DNA of 64,000 nucleotides from Eledone cirrhosa (Eukaryota). Of this stretch, positions 14,001 through 28,400 are shown in pieces (the first letter of the stretch is position 1; each line of letters starts with the position of its first letter). Under the pieces are notes generated by a model. It had not been told where the DNA came from, did not search any database, and was given only the letters and a program-made list of their open reading frames with translations. The position numbers and the translations under genes were made by a program. The DNA is taken from assembly GCA_964016885.1 (NCBI GenBank), contig OZ024740.1:318432001-318496000 (forward strand), in the 5' to 3' direction.

Positions 14001-16659
14001 TTCGATTTCTTTCTACTACAATACTCACAACAAATAATGCAGGATTGTCTCGTCTATTTCCACAACTTACATTCTATCTGACATTCTAACGACTCTACCA
14101 ATTCGAAGTTTTTCTACTACAATACTCACAACAAATAATCAAGGATTGTATCGTCTATTTCCACAATGTACATTCTATCTGACATTCTAACGACTCTACC
14201 AATTCGAAGTCTTTCTACTACAATACTCACAACAATTAATCCAGGAATGTCTCGTCTATTTCCACACCTTACATTCTATCTGACATTCTAACGACTCTAC
14301 CCATTCGCTGTATTTCTACTACAATACTGACTTCAAATAATCCAGGATTGTCTCGTCTACTTCCACAACTTACATTGTATCTGATATTCTAACGACTCTA
14401 CCAATTCGAAGTCTTTCTACTACAATACTAACTTTAAACAATCCAGGATTGTCTCCTCTATTTCCACAACTTACATTCTATCTGACATTCTAACGACTCT
14501 ACCAATTCGAAGTCTAACTACTACAGTACTAACAACAAATAATCCAGGATTCTCTCGTCTATTTCCACAACTTACATTCTATCTGATATTCTAACGACTC
14601 TACCAATTCGCTGTATTTCTACTACAATACTAACTTCAAATAATTAAGGATTGTCTCATCTATTTCCACAACTTACATTCTATCTGACATTCAAAGGACT
14701 CTATCAATTCGAAGTCTTTCTACTACAATACTAACTTCAAATAATCCAGGATTGTCTCATCTATTTCTGCAACTTACATTCTATCTGATATTCGAACGAC
14801 TCTACCAATTCGAATTCTTTGTACTACAATACTAACAACAAATAATGCAGGATTGACTCGTCTATTTCCACAACTTACATTCTATCTGACATTCTAACGA
14901 CTCTACCAATTCGAAGTCTATCTATTACAGTACTAACAACAAATAATCCATGATTCTATCGTCTATTTCCACAACTTACATTCTATCTGATATTCTAACG
15001 ACTCTACCAATTCGCTGTATTTCTACTACAATACTAACTTCAAATAATCCAGGATTGTCTCATCTATTTCCACAACTTACATTCTATCTGATATTCGAAC
15101 GACTCCACCAATTCGAAATCTTTGTACTACAATACTAACAACAAATGATGCAGGATTGTCTCGTCTATTTCCACAACTTACATTCTATCTGACATTCTAA
15201 CGACTCTACCAATTCGAAGTCTTTCTATTACGATACTCACAACAAATAATCCAGGATTGTCTCGTCTATTTCCACAACTTACATTCTACCTGACATTCTA
15301 ACGACTCTACGAATTCGAAGTATTTCTACTACAATACTCACAACAAATAATCCAGGATTGCCTCGTCTATTTCCACAAATTACATTCTATCTGACATTAT
15401 AACGACTCTACCAATTCGAAGTTTTTCTACTACAATACTCACAACAAATAATCAAGGATTGTATCGTCTATTTCCACAACGTACATTCTATCTGACATTC
15501 TAACGACTCTACCAATTCGAAGACTTTCTACTACAATACTCACAACAATTAATCCAGGAATGTCTCGTCTATTTCCACACCTTACATTCTATCTGACATT
15601 CTAACGACTCCACCCATTCGCTGTATTTCTACTACAATACTAACTTCAAATAATCCAGGATTGTCTCGTCTACTTCCACAACTTACATTGTATCTGATAT
15701 TCTAACGACTCTACCAATTCGATTTCTTTCTACTACAATACTCACAACAAATAATGCAGGATTGTCTCGTCTATTTCCACAACTTACATTCTATCTGACA
15801 TTCTAACGACTCTACCAATTCGAAGTCTTTCTACTACAATACTCACAACAATTAATCCAGGAATGTCTCGTCTATTTCCACACCTTACATTCTATCTGAC
15901 ATTCTAACGACTCTACCCATTCGCTGTATTTCTACTACAATACTGACTTCAAATAATCCAGGATTGTCTCGTCTACTTCCACAACTTACATTGTATCTGA
16001 TATTCTAACGACTCTACCAATTCGAAGTCTTTCTACTACAATACTAACTTTAAACAATCCAGGATTGTCTCCTCTATTTCCACAACTTACATTCTATCTG
16101 ACATTCTAACGACTCTACCAATTCGATTTCTTTCTACTACAATACTCACAACAAATAATCCAGGATTGTCTCGTCTATTTCCACAACTTACATTCTATCT
16201 GACATTCAAACGACTCTATCAATTCAAAGTTTTTCTACTACAATACTCACAACAAATAATCCAGGATTGTCCCGTCTATTTCCACAACTTACATTCTATC
16301 TGATATTCTAACGACTCTACCAATTCGAAGTCTAACTACTACAGTACTAACAACAAATAATCCAGGATTCTCTCGTCTATTTCCACAACTTACATTCTAT
16401 CTGATATTCTAACGACTCTACCAATTCGCTGTATTTCTACTACAATACTAACTTCAAATAATTAAGGATTGTCTCATCTATTTCCACAACTTACATTCTA
16501 TCTGACATTCTAACGACTCTACCAATTCGAAGTCTATCTATTACAATACTAACAACAAATAATCTAGGATTGTCTCGTCTATTTCCACAACTTACATTCT
16601 ATCTGACATTCTAACGACTCTACCAATTCGAAGTTTTTCTACTACAATACTCACAACAA

Positions 16660-19600
16660 ATAATCCAGGATTGTCTCATCTATTTCTGCAACTTACATTC
16701 TATCTGATATTCGAACGACTCTACCAATTCGAATTCTTTGTACTACAATACTAACAACAAATAATGCAGGATTGACTCGTCTATTTCCACAACTTACATT
16801 CTATCTGACATTCTAACGACTCTACCAATTCGAAGTCTTTCTATTACAATACGCACAACAAATAATCCAGGATTGACTCGTCTATTTCCACAACTTACAT
16901 TCTAGCTGACATTCTAACGACTCTACCAATTCGATGTCTCTCTACTACAATACTCACAACAAATAATCCAGGATTGTCTCCCCTTTTTCCACAACTTACA
17001 TTCTATCTGACATTCAAACGACTCTATCAATTCGAAGTCTTTCTACTACAATACTAACGTCAAATAATCCAGGATTGTCTCGTCCATTTCCACAACTTAC
17101 ATTCTATCTGACATTCTAACGACTCTACCAATTCGAAGTCTATCTATTACAGTACTAACAACAAATAATCCATGATTCTATCGTCTATTTCCACAACTTA
17201 CATTCTATCTGATATTCTAACGACTCTACCAATTCGCTGTATTTCTACTACAATACTAACTTCAAATAATCCAGGATTGTCTCATCTATTTCCACAACTT
17301 ACATTCTATCTGATATTCGAACGACTCCACCAATTCGAAGTCTTTGTACTACAATACTAACAACAAATGATGCAGGATTGTCTCGTCTATTTCCACAACT
17401 TACATTCTATCTGACATTCTAACGACTCTACCAATTCGAAGTCTTTCTATTACGATACTCACAACAAATAATCCAGGATTGTCTCGTCTATTTCCACAAC
17501 TTACATTCTACCTGACATTCTAACGACTCTACGAATTCGAAGTCTTTCTACTACAATACTCACAACAAATAATCCAGGATTGCCTCGTCTATTTCCACAA
17601 ATTACATTCTATCTGACATTATAACGACTCTACCAATTCGAAGTTTTTCTACTACAATACTCACAACAAATAATCAAGGATTGTATCGTCTATTTCGACA
17701 ACGTACATTCTATCTGACATTCTAACGACTCTACCAATTCGAAGACTTTCTACTACAATACTCACAACAATTAATCCAGGAATGTCTCGTCTATTTCCAC
17801 ACCTTACATTCTATCTGACATTCTAACGACTCCACCCATTCGCTGTATTTCTACTACAATACTAACTTCAAATAATCCAGGATTGTCTCGTCTACTTCCA
17901 CAACTTACATTGTATCTGATATTCTAACGACTCTACCAATTCGAAGTCTTTCTACTACAATACTAACTTTAAACAATCCAGGATTGTCTCCTCTATTTCC
18001 ACAACTTACATTCTATCTGACATTCTAACGACTCTACCAATTCGATTTCTTTCTACTACAATACTCACAACAAATAATGCAGGATTGTCTCGTCTATTTC
18101 CACAACTTACATTCTATCTGACATTCTAACGACTCTACCAATTCGAAGTTTTTCTACTACAATACTCACAACAAATAATCAAGGATTGTATCGTCTATTT
18201 CCACAATGTACATTCTATCTGACATTCTAACGACTCTACCAATTCGAAGTCTTTCTACTACAATACTCACAACAATTAATCCAGGAATGTCTCGTCTATT
18301 TCCACACCTTACATTCTATCTGACATTCTAACGACTCTACCCATTCGCTGTATTTCTACTACAATACTGACTTCAAATAATCCAGGATTGTCTCGTCTAC
18401 TTCCACAACTTACATTGTATCTGATATTCTAACGACTCTACCAATTCGAAGTCTTTCTACTACAATACTAACTTTAAACAATCCAGGATTGTCTCCTCTA
18501 TTTCCACAACTTACATTCTATCTGACATTCTAACGACTCTACCAATTCGATTTCTTTCTACTACAATACTCACAACAAATAATCCAGGATTGTCTCGTCT
18601 ATTTCCACAACTTACATTCTATCTGACATTCAAACGACTCTATCAATTCAAAGTTTTTCTACTACAATACTCACAACAAATAATCCAGGATTGTCCCGTC
18701 TATTTCCACAACTTACATTCTATCTGACATTCTAACGACTCTACCAATTCGAAGTCTAACTACTACAGTACTAACAACAAATAATCCAGGATTCTCTCGT
18801 CTATTTCCACAACTTACATTCTATCTGATATTCTAACGACTCTACCAATTCGCTGTATTTCTACTACAATACTAACTTCAAATAATTAAGGATTGTCTCA
18901 TCTATTTCCACAACTTACATTCTATCTGACATTCAAAGGACTCTATCAATTCGAAGTCTTTCTACTACAATACTAACTTCAAATAATCCAGGATTGTCTC
19001 ATCTATTTCTGCAACTTACATTCTATCTGATATTCGAACGACTCTACCAATTCGAATTCTTTGTACTACAATACTAACAACAAATAATGCAGGATTGACT
19101 CGTCTATTTCCACAACTTTCATTCTATCTGACATTCTAACGACTCTACCAATTCGAAGTCTTTCTATTACAATACGCACAACAAATAATCCAGGATTGAC
19201 TCGTCTATTTCCACAACTTACATTCTAGCTGACATTCTAACGACTCTACCAATTCGATGTCTCTCTACTACAATACTCACAACAAATGATCCAGGATTGT
19301 CTCCCCTTTTTCCACAACTTACATTCTATCTGACATTCAAACGACTCTATCAATTCGAAGTCTTTCTACTACAATACTAACGTCAAATAATCCAGGATTG
19401 TCTCGTCCATTTCCACAACTTACATTCTATCTGACATTCTAACGACTCTACCAATTCGAAGTCTATCTATTACAGTACTAACAACAAATAATCCATGATT
19501 CTATCGTCTATTTCCACAACTTACATTCTATCTGATATTCTAACGACTCTACCAATTCGCTGTATTTCTACTACAATACTAACTTCAAATAATCCAGGAT

Positions 19601-22400
19601 TGTCTCATCTATTTCCACAACTTACATTCTATCTGATATTCGAACGACTCCACCAATTCGAAGTCTTTGTACTACAATACTAACAACAAATGATGCAGGA
19701 TTGTCTCGTCTATTTCCACAACTTACATTCTATCTGACATTCTAACGACTCTACCAATTCGAAGTCTTTCTATTACGATACTCACAACAAATAATCCAGG
19801 ATTGTCTCGTCTATTTCCACAACTTACATTCTACCTGACATTCTAACGACTCTACGAATTCGAAGTCTTTCTACTACAATACTCACAACAAATAATCCAG
19901 GATTGCCTCGTCTATTTCCACAAATTACATTCTATCTGACATTATAACGACTCTACCAATTCGAAGTTTTTCTACTACAATACTCACAACAAATAATCAA
20001 GGATTGTATCGTCTATTTCGACAACGTACATTCTATCTGACATTCTAACGACTCTACCAATTCGAAGACTTTCTACTACAATACTCACAACAATTAATCC
20101 AGGAATGTCTCGTCTATTTCCACACCTTACATTCTATCTGACATTCTAACGACTCCACCCATTCGCTGTATTTCTACTACAATACTAACTTCAAATAATC
20201 CAGGATTGTCTCGTCTACTTCCACAACTTACATTGTATCTGATATTCTAACGACTCTACCAATTCGAAGTCTTTCTACTACAATACTAACTTTAAACAAT
20301 CCAGGATTGTCTCCTCTATTTCCACAACTTACATTCTATCTGACATTCTAACGACTCTACCAATTCGATTTCTTTCTACTACAATACTCACAACAAATAA
20401 TGCAGGATTGTCTCGTCTATTTCCACAACTTACATTCTATCTGACATTCTAACGACTCTACCAATTCGAAGTTTTTCTACTACAATACTCACAACAAATA
20501 ATCAAGGATTGTATCGTCTATTTCCACAATGTACATTCTATCTGACATTCTAACGACTCTACCAATTCGAAGTCTTTCTACTACAATACTCACAACAATT
20601 AATCCAGGAATGTCTCGTCTATTTCCACACCTTACATTCTATCTGACATTCTAACGACTCTACCCATTCGCTGTATTTCTACTACAATACTGACTTCAAA
20701 TAATCCAGGATTGTCTCGTCTACTTCCACAACTTACATTGTATCTGATATTCTAACGACTCTACCAATTCGAAGTCTTTCTACTACAATACTAACTTTAA
20801 ACAATCCAGGATTGTCTCCTCTATTTCCACAACTTACATTCTATCTGACATTCTAACGACTCTACCAATTCGATTTCTTTCTACTACAATACTCACAACA
20901 AATAATCCAGGATTGTCTCGTCTATTTCCACAACTTACATTCTATCTGACATTCAAACGACTCTATCAATTCAAAGTTTTTCTACTACAATACTCACAAC
21001 AAATAATCCAGGATTGTCCCGTCTATTTCCACAACTTACATTCTATCTGACATTCTAACGACTCTACCAATTCGAAGTCTAACTACTACAGTACTAACAA
21101 CAAATAATCCAGGATTCTCTCGTCTATTTCCACAACTTACATTCTATCTGATATTCTAACGACTCTACCAATTCGCTGTATTTCTACTACAATACTAACT
21201 TCAAATAATTAAGGATTGTCTCATCTATTTCCACAACTTACATTCTATCTGACATTCAAAGGACTCTATCAATTCGAAGTCTTTCTACTACAATACTAAC
21301 TTCAAATAATCCAGGATTGTCTCATCTATTTCTGCAACTTACATTCTATCTGATATTCGAACGACTCTACCAATTCGAATTCTTTGTACTACAATACTAA
21401 CAACAAATAATGCAGGATTGACTCGTCTATTTCCACAACTTTCATTCTATCTGACATTCTAACGACTCTACCAATTCGAAGTCTTTCTATTACAATACGC
21501 ACAACAAATAATCCAGGATTGACTCGTCTATTTCCACAACTTACATTCTAGCTGACATTCTAACGACTCTACCAATTCGATGTCTCTCTACTACAATACT
21601 CACAACAAATGATCCAGGATTGTCTCCCCTTTTTCCACAACTTACATTCTATCTGACATTCAAACGACTCTATCAATTCGAAGTCTTTCTACTACAATAC
21701 TAACGTCAAATAATCCAGGATTGTCTCGTCCATTTCCACAACTTACATTCTATCTGACATTCTAACGACTCTACCAATTCGAAGTCTATCTATTACAGTA
21801 CTAACAACAAATAATCCATGATTCTATCGTCTATTTCCACAACTTACATTCTATCTGATATTCTAACGACTCTACCAATTCGCTGTATTTCTACTACAAT
21901 ACTAACTTCAAATAATCCAGGATTGTCTCATCTATTTCCACAACTTACATTCTATCTGATATTCGAACGACTCCACCAATTCGAAGTCTTTGTACTACAA
22001 TACTAACAACAAATGATGCAGGATTGTCTCGTCTATTTCCACAACTTACATTCTATCTGACATTTTAACGACTCTACCAATTCGAAGTCTTTCTATTACG
22101 ATACTCACAACAAATAATCCAGGATTGTCTCGTCTATTTCCACAACTTACATTCTACCTGACATTCTAACGACTCTACGAATTCGAAGTCTTTCTACTAC
22201 AATACTCACAACAAATAATCCAGGATTGCCTCGTCTATTTCCACAAATTACATTCTATCTGACATTATAACGACTCTACCAATTCGAAGTTTTTCTACTA
22301 CAATACTCACAACAAATAATCAAGGATTGTATCGTCTATTTCCACAACGTACATTCTATCTGACATTCTAACGACTCTACCAATTCGAAGACTTTCTACT
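16660..22400. repeat. 23-monomer higher-order repeat (2323 bp), ~2.5 near-identical copies
   Basis: TCTAGCTGAC at 16901, 19224, 21547. Identical pseudo-ORFs at 17172, 19495, 21818. AATTCAAAG at 18645 and 20968. All offsets are 2323 = 23x101. Confidence 0.93.
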
Positions 22401-25400
22401 ACAATACTAACTTTAAACAATCCAGGATTGTCTCCTCTATTTCCACAACTTACATTCTATCTGACATTCTAACGACTCTACCAATTCGATTTCTTTCTAC
22501 TACAATACTCACAACAAATAATCCAGGATTGTCTCGTCTATTTCCACAACTTACATTCTATCTGACATTATAACGACTCTACCAATTCGAAGTTTTTCTA
22601 CTACAATACTCACAACAAATAATCAAGGATTGTATCGTCTATTTCCAAAACGGACATTCTATCTGACATTCTAACGACTCTACCAATTCGAAGACTTTCT
22701 ACTACAATACTAACTTTAAACAATCCAGGATTGTCTCCTCTATTTCCACAACTTACATTCTATCTGACATTCTAACGACTCTACCAATTCGATTTCTTTC
22801 TACTACAATACTCACAACAAATAATCCAGGATTGTCTCGTCTATTTCCACAACTTACATTCTATCTGACATTCAAACGACTCTATCAATTCGAAATCTTT
22901 CTACTACAATACTAACGTCAAATAATCCAGGATTGTCTCGTCCATTTCCATAACTTACATTCTATCTGACATTCTAACGACTCTACCAATTCGAAGTCTA
23001 TCTATTACAATACTAACAACAAATAATCTAGGATTGTCTCGTCTATTTCCACAACTTACATTCTATCTGACATTCTAACGACTCTACCAATTCGAAGTTT
23101 TTCTACTACAATACTCACAACAAATAATCCAGGATTGTCTCGTCCATTTCCATGACTTACATTCTATCTGACATTCTAAGGACTCTACCAATTCGAAGTC
23201 TATCTATTACAGTACTAACAACAAATAATCCAGGATTCTATCGTCTATTTCCACAACTTACATTCTATCTGATATTCTAACGACTCTACCAATTCGCTGT
23301 ATTTCTACTACAATACTAACTTCAAATAATCCAGGATTGTCTCATCTATTTCCACAACTTACATTCTATCTGACATTCAAAGGACTCTATCAATTCGAAG
23401 TCTTTCTACTACAATACTCACAACAAATAATCCAGGATTGCCTCGTCTATTTCCACACCTTACATTCTATCTGACATTCTAACGACTCTACCAATTCGCT
23501 GTATTTCTACTACGATACTAACTTCAAATAATCCAGGATTGTCTCGTCTATTTCCACAACTTACATTCTATCTGATATTCTAACGACTCTACCAATTTGA
23601 AGTCTTTCTACTACAATACTAACAACAAATAATCCAGGATTTCTCGTCTATTTCCAAAACTTTCATTCTAACTGATATTCGAACGACTCTACCAATTCGA
23701 AGTCTTTCTACTACAATACTCACAACAAATAATCCAGGATTGTCTCGTCTATTTCCACAACTTACATTCTATCTCAGTTTCTAACGAGTCTACCAATTCG
23801 CTGTATTTATACTACAATACTCACGACAAATAAACCAGGATTGTCTCGTCTATTTCCACAACTTACATCCTATCTGACATACTAACGACTCTACCAATTC
23901 GAAGTCTTTCTACTACAATACTAACTTTAAACAATCCAGGATTGTCTCCTCTATTTCCACAACTTACATTCTATCTGACATTCTAACGACTCTACCAATT
24001 CGATGTCTCTCTACTACAATACTCACAACAAATAATCCAGGATTGTCTCGTCTTTTTCCACAACTTACATTCTATCTGACAGTCAAACGACTCTATCAAT
24101 TCGAAGTCTTTCTACTACAATACTAACGTCAAATAATCCAGGATTGTCTCGTCCATTTCCACAACTTACATTGTATCTGACATTCTAACGACTCTACCAA
24201 TTCGAAGTCTATCTATTACAGTACTAACAACAAATAATCCAGGATTCTATCGTCTATTTCCACAACTTACATTCTATCTGATATTCTAACGACTCTACCA
24301 ATTCGCTGTATTTCTACTACAATACTCACAACAAATAATCCAGGATTGTCTCGTCTATTGCCACAAATTACATTCTACCTGACATTCTAACGACTCTACC
24401 AATTCGAAGTCTTTCTACTACAATACTCACAACAAATAATCCAGGATTGTCTCGTCTATTTCCACAACTTACATTCTATCTGACATTCTAACGACTCTAC
24501 CAATTCGAAGTCTTTCTATTACAATACTCACAACAAATAATCCAGGATTGTCTCGTCTATTCCCACAACTTACATTCTATGTGACATTCTAACGACTCTA
24601 CCAATTCGAAGTTTTTCTACTACAATACTCACAACAAATAATCCAGGATTGTCTCGTCTATTTCCACAACTTACATTCTATCTGACATTCTAACGATTCT
24701 ACCAATTCGAAGTTTTTCTACTACAATACTCACAACAAATAATCCAGGATTGTCTCGTCTATTCCCACAACTTACATTATATCTGACATTCTAATGACTC
24801 TACCAATTCGAAGTCTTTCTACTACAATACTAACAACAAATAATCTAAGATTGTCTCGTCTATTTCCACAACTTACATTCTATCTGACATTCTAACGACT
24901 CTACCAATTCGAAGTATTTCTACTACAATACTCACAACAAATAATCCAGGACTGTCTCGTCTATTTCCACAACTTACGTTCTATCTGACATTCTAAAGAC
25001 TCTAACAATTCGAAGTCTTTCTACAACAATACTCAGAACAAATAATCCAGGTTTGTGTCGTCTATTTCCACAACTTACATTCTATCTGACATTCTAACGA
25101 CTCTACCAATTCGATGTCTCTCTACTACAATACTCACAACAAATAATCCAGGATTGTCTCCCCTTTTTCCACAACTTACATTCTATCTGACATTCAAACG
25201 ACTCTATCAATTCGAAGTCTTTCTACTACAATACTAACGTCAAATAATCCAGGATTGTCTCGTCCATTTCCACAACTTACATTCTATCTGACATTCTAAC
25301 GACTCTACCAATTCGAAGTCTATCTATTACAGTACTAACAACAAATAATCCATGATTCTATCGTCTATTTCCACAACTTACATTCTATCTGATATTCTAA

Positions 25401-28400
25401 CGACTCTACCAATTCGCTGTATTTCTACTACAATACTAGCTTCAAATAATCCAGGATTGTCTCATCTATTTCCACAACTTACATTCTATCTGATATTCGA
25501 ACGACTCCACCAATTCGAAGTCTTTGTACTACAATACTAACAACAAATGATGCAGGATTGTCTCGTCTATTTCCACAACTTACATTCTATCTGACATTCT
25601 AACGACTCTACCAATTCGAAGTCTTTCTATTACGATACTCACAACAAATAATCCAGGATTGTCTCGTCTATTTCCACAACTTACATTCTACCTGACATTC
25701 TAACGACTCTACGAATTCGAAGTCTTTCTACTACAATACTCACAACAATTAATCCAGGAATGTCTCGTCTATTTCCACACCTTACATTCTATCTGACATT
25801 CTAACGACTCCACCCATTCGTTGTATTTCTACTACAATACTAACTTCAAATAATCCAGGATTGTCTCGTCTACTTCCACAACTTACATTGTATCTGATAT
25901 TCTAACGACTCTACCAATTCGAAGTCTTTCTACTACAATACTAACTTTAAACAATCCAGGATTGTCTCCTCTATTTCCACAACTTACATTCTATCTGACA
26001 TTCTAACGACTCTACCAATTCGATTTCTTTCTACTACAATACTCACAACAAATAATCCAGGATTGTCTCGTCTATTTCCACAACTTACATTCTATCTGAC
26101 ATTCAAACGACTCTATCAATTCGAAGTCTTTCTACTACAATACTAACGTCAAATAATCCAGGATTGTCTCGTCCATTTCCATAACTTACATTCTATCTGA
26201 CATTCTAACGACTCTACCAATTCGAAGTCTATCTATTACAATACTAACAACAAATAATCTAGGATTGTCTCGTCTATTTCCACAACTTACATTCTATCTG
26301 ACATTCTAACGACTCTACCAATTCGAAGTTTTTCTACTACAATACTCACAACAAATAATCCAGGATTGTCTCGTCCATTTCCATAACTTACATTCTATCT
26401 GACATTCTAACGACTGTACCAATTCGAAGTCTATCTATTACAGTACTAACAACAAATAATCCAGGATTCTATCGTCTATTTCCACAACTTACATTCTATC
26501 TGATATTCTAACGACTCTACCAATTCGAAGTCTTTCTACTACAATACTAACGTCAAATAATCCAGGATTGTCTCGTCTATTTCCACAACTTACATTCTAT
26601 CTGACATTCTAACGACTCTACCAATTCGAAGTCTTTCTACTACAATACTCACAACAAATAATCCAGGATTGCCTCGTCTATTTCCACACCTTACATTCTA
26701 TCTGACATTCTAACGACTCTACCAATTCGCTGTATTTCTACTACGATACTAACTTCAAATAATCCAGGATTGTCTCGTCTATTTCCACAACTTACATTCT
26801 ATCTGATATTCTAACGACTCTACCAATTTGAAGTCTTTCTACTACAATACTAACAACAAATAATCCAGGATTTCTCGTCTATTTCCAAAACTTTCATTCT
26901 ATCTGATATTCGAACGACTCTACCAATTCGAAGTCTTTCTACTACAATACTCACAACAAATAATCCAGGATTGTCTCGTCTATTTCCACAACATACATTC
27001 TATCTCAGTTTCTAACGAGTCTACCAATTCGCTGTATTTATACTACAATACTCACGACAAATAAACCAGGATTGTCTCCTCTATTTCCACAACTTACATT
27101 CTATCTGACATTCTAACGACTCTACCAATTCGATGTCTCTCTACTATAATACTCACAACAAATAATCCAGGATTGTCTCGTCTTTTTCCACAACTTACAT
27201 TCTATCTGACATTCAAACGACTCTATCAATTCGAAGTCTTTCTACTACAATACTAACGTCAAATAATCCAGGATTGTCTCGTCCATTTCCACAACTTACA
27301 TCCTATCTGATATTCGAACGACTCTACCAATTCGAAGTCTTTGTACTACAATACCAACAACAAATAATGCAGGATTGTCTCGTCTATTTCCACAACTTAC
27401 ATTCTATCTGACATTCTAACGACTCTACCAATTCGAAGTCTTTCTATTACAATACTCACAACAAATAATCCAGGATTGTATCGTCTATTTCCACAACGTA
27501 CATTCTATCTGACATTCTAACGACTCTACCAATTCGAAGACTTTCTACTACAATACTAACTTTAAACAATCCAGGATTGTCTCCTCTATTTCCACAACTT
27601 ACATTCTATCTGACATTCTAACGACTCTACCAATTCGAAGACTTTCTACTACAATACTAACTTTAAACAATCCAGGATTGTCTCCTCTATTTCCACAACT
27701 TACATTCTATCTGACATTCTAACGACTCTACCAATTCGATTTCTTTCTACTACAATACTCACAACAAATAATCCAGGATTGTCTCGTCTATTTCCACAAC
27801 TTACATTCTATCTGACATTATAACGACTCTACCAATTCGAAGTTTTTCTACTACAATACTCACAACAAATAATCAAGGATTGTATCGTCTATTTCCACAA
27901 CGTACATTCTATCTGACATTCTAACGACTCTACCAATTCGAAGACTTTCTACTACAATACTAACTTTAAACAATCCAGGATTGTCTCCTCTATTTCCACA
28001 ACTTACATTCTATCTGACATTCTAACGACTCTACCAATTCGATTTCTTTCTACTACAATACTCACAACAAATAATCCAGGATTGTCTCGTCTATTTCCAC
28101 AACTTACATTCTATCTGACATTCAAACGACTCTATCAATTCGAAATCTTTCTACTACAATACTAACGTCAAATAATCCAGGATTGTCTCGTCCATTTCCA
28201 TAACTTACATTCTATCTGACATTCTAACGACTCTACCAATTCGAAGTCTATCTATTACAATACTAACAACAAATAATCTAGGATTGTCTCGTCTATTTCC
28301 ACAACTTACATTCTATCTGACATTCTAACGACTCTACCAATTCGAAGTTTTTCTACTACAATACTCACAACAAATAATCCAGGAATTGTCTCGTCCATTT

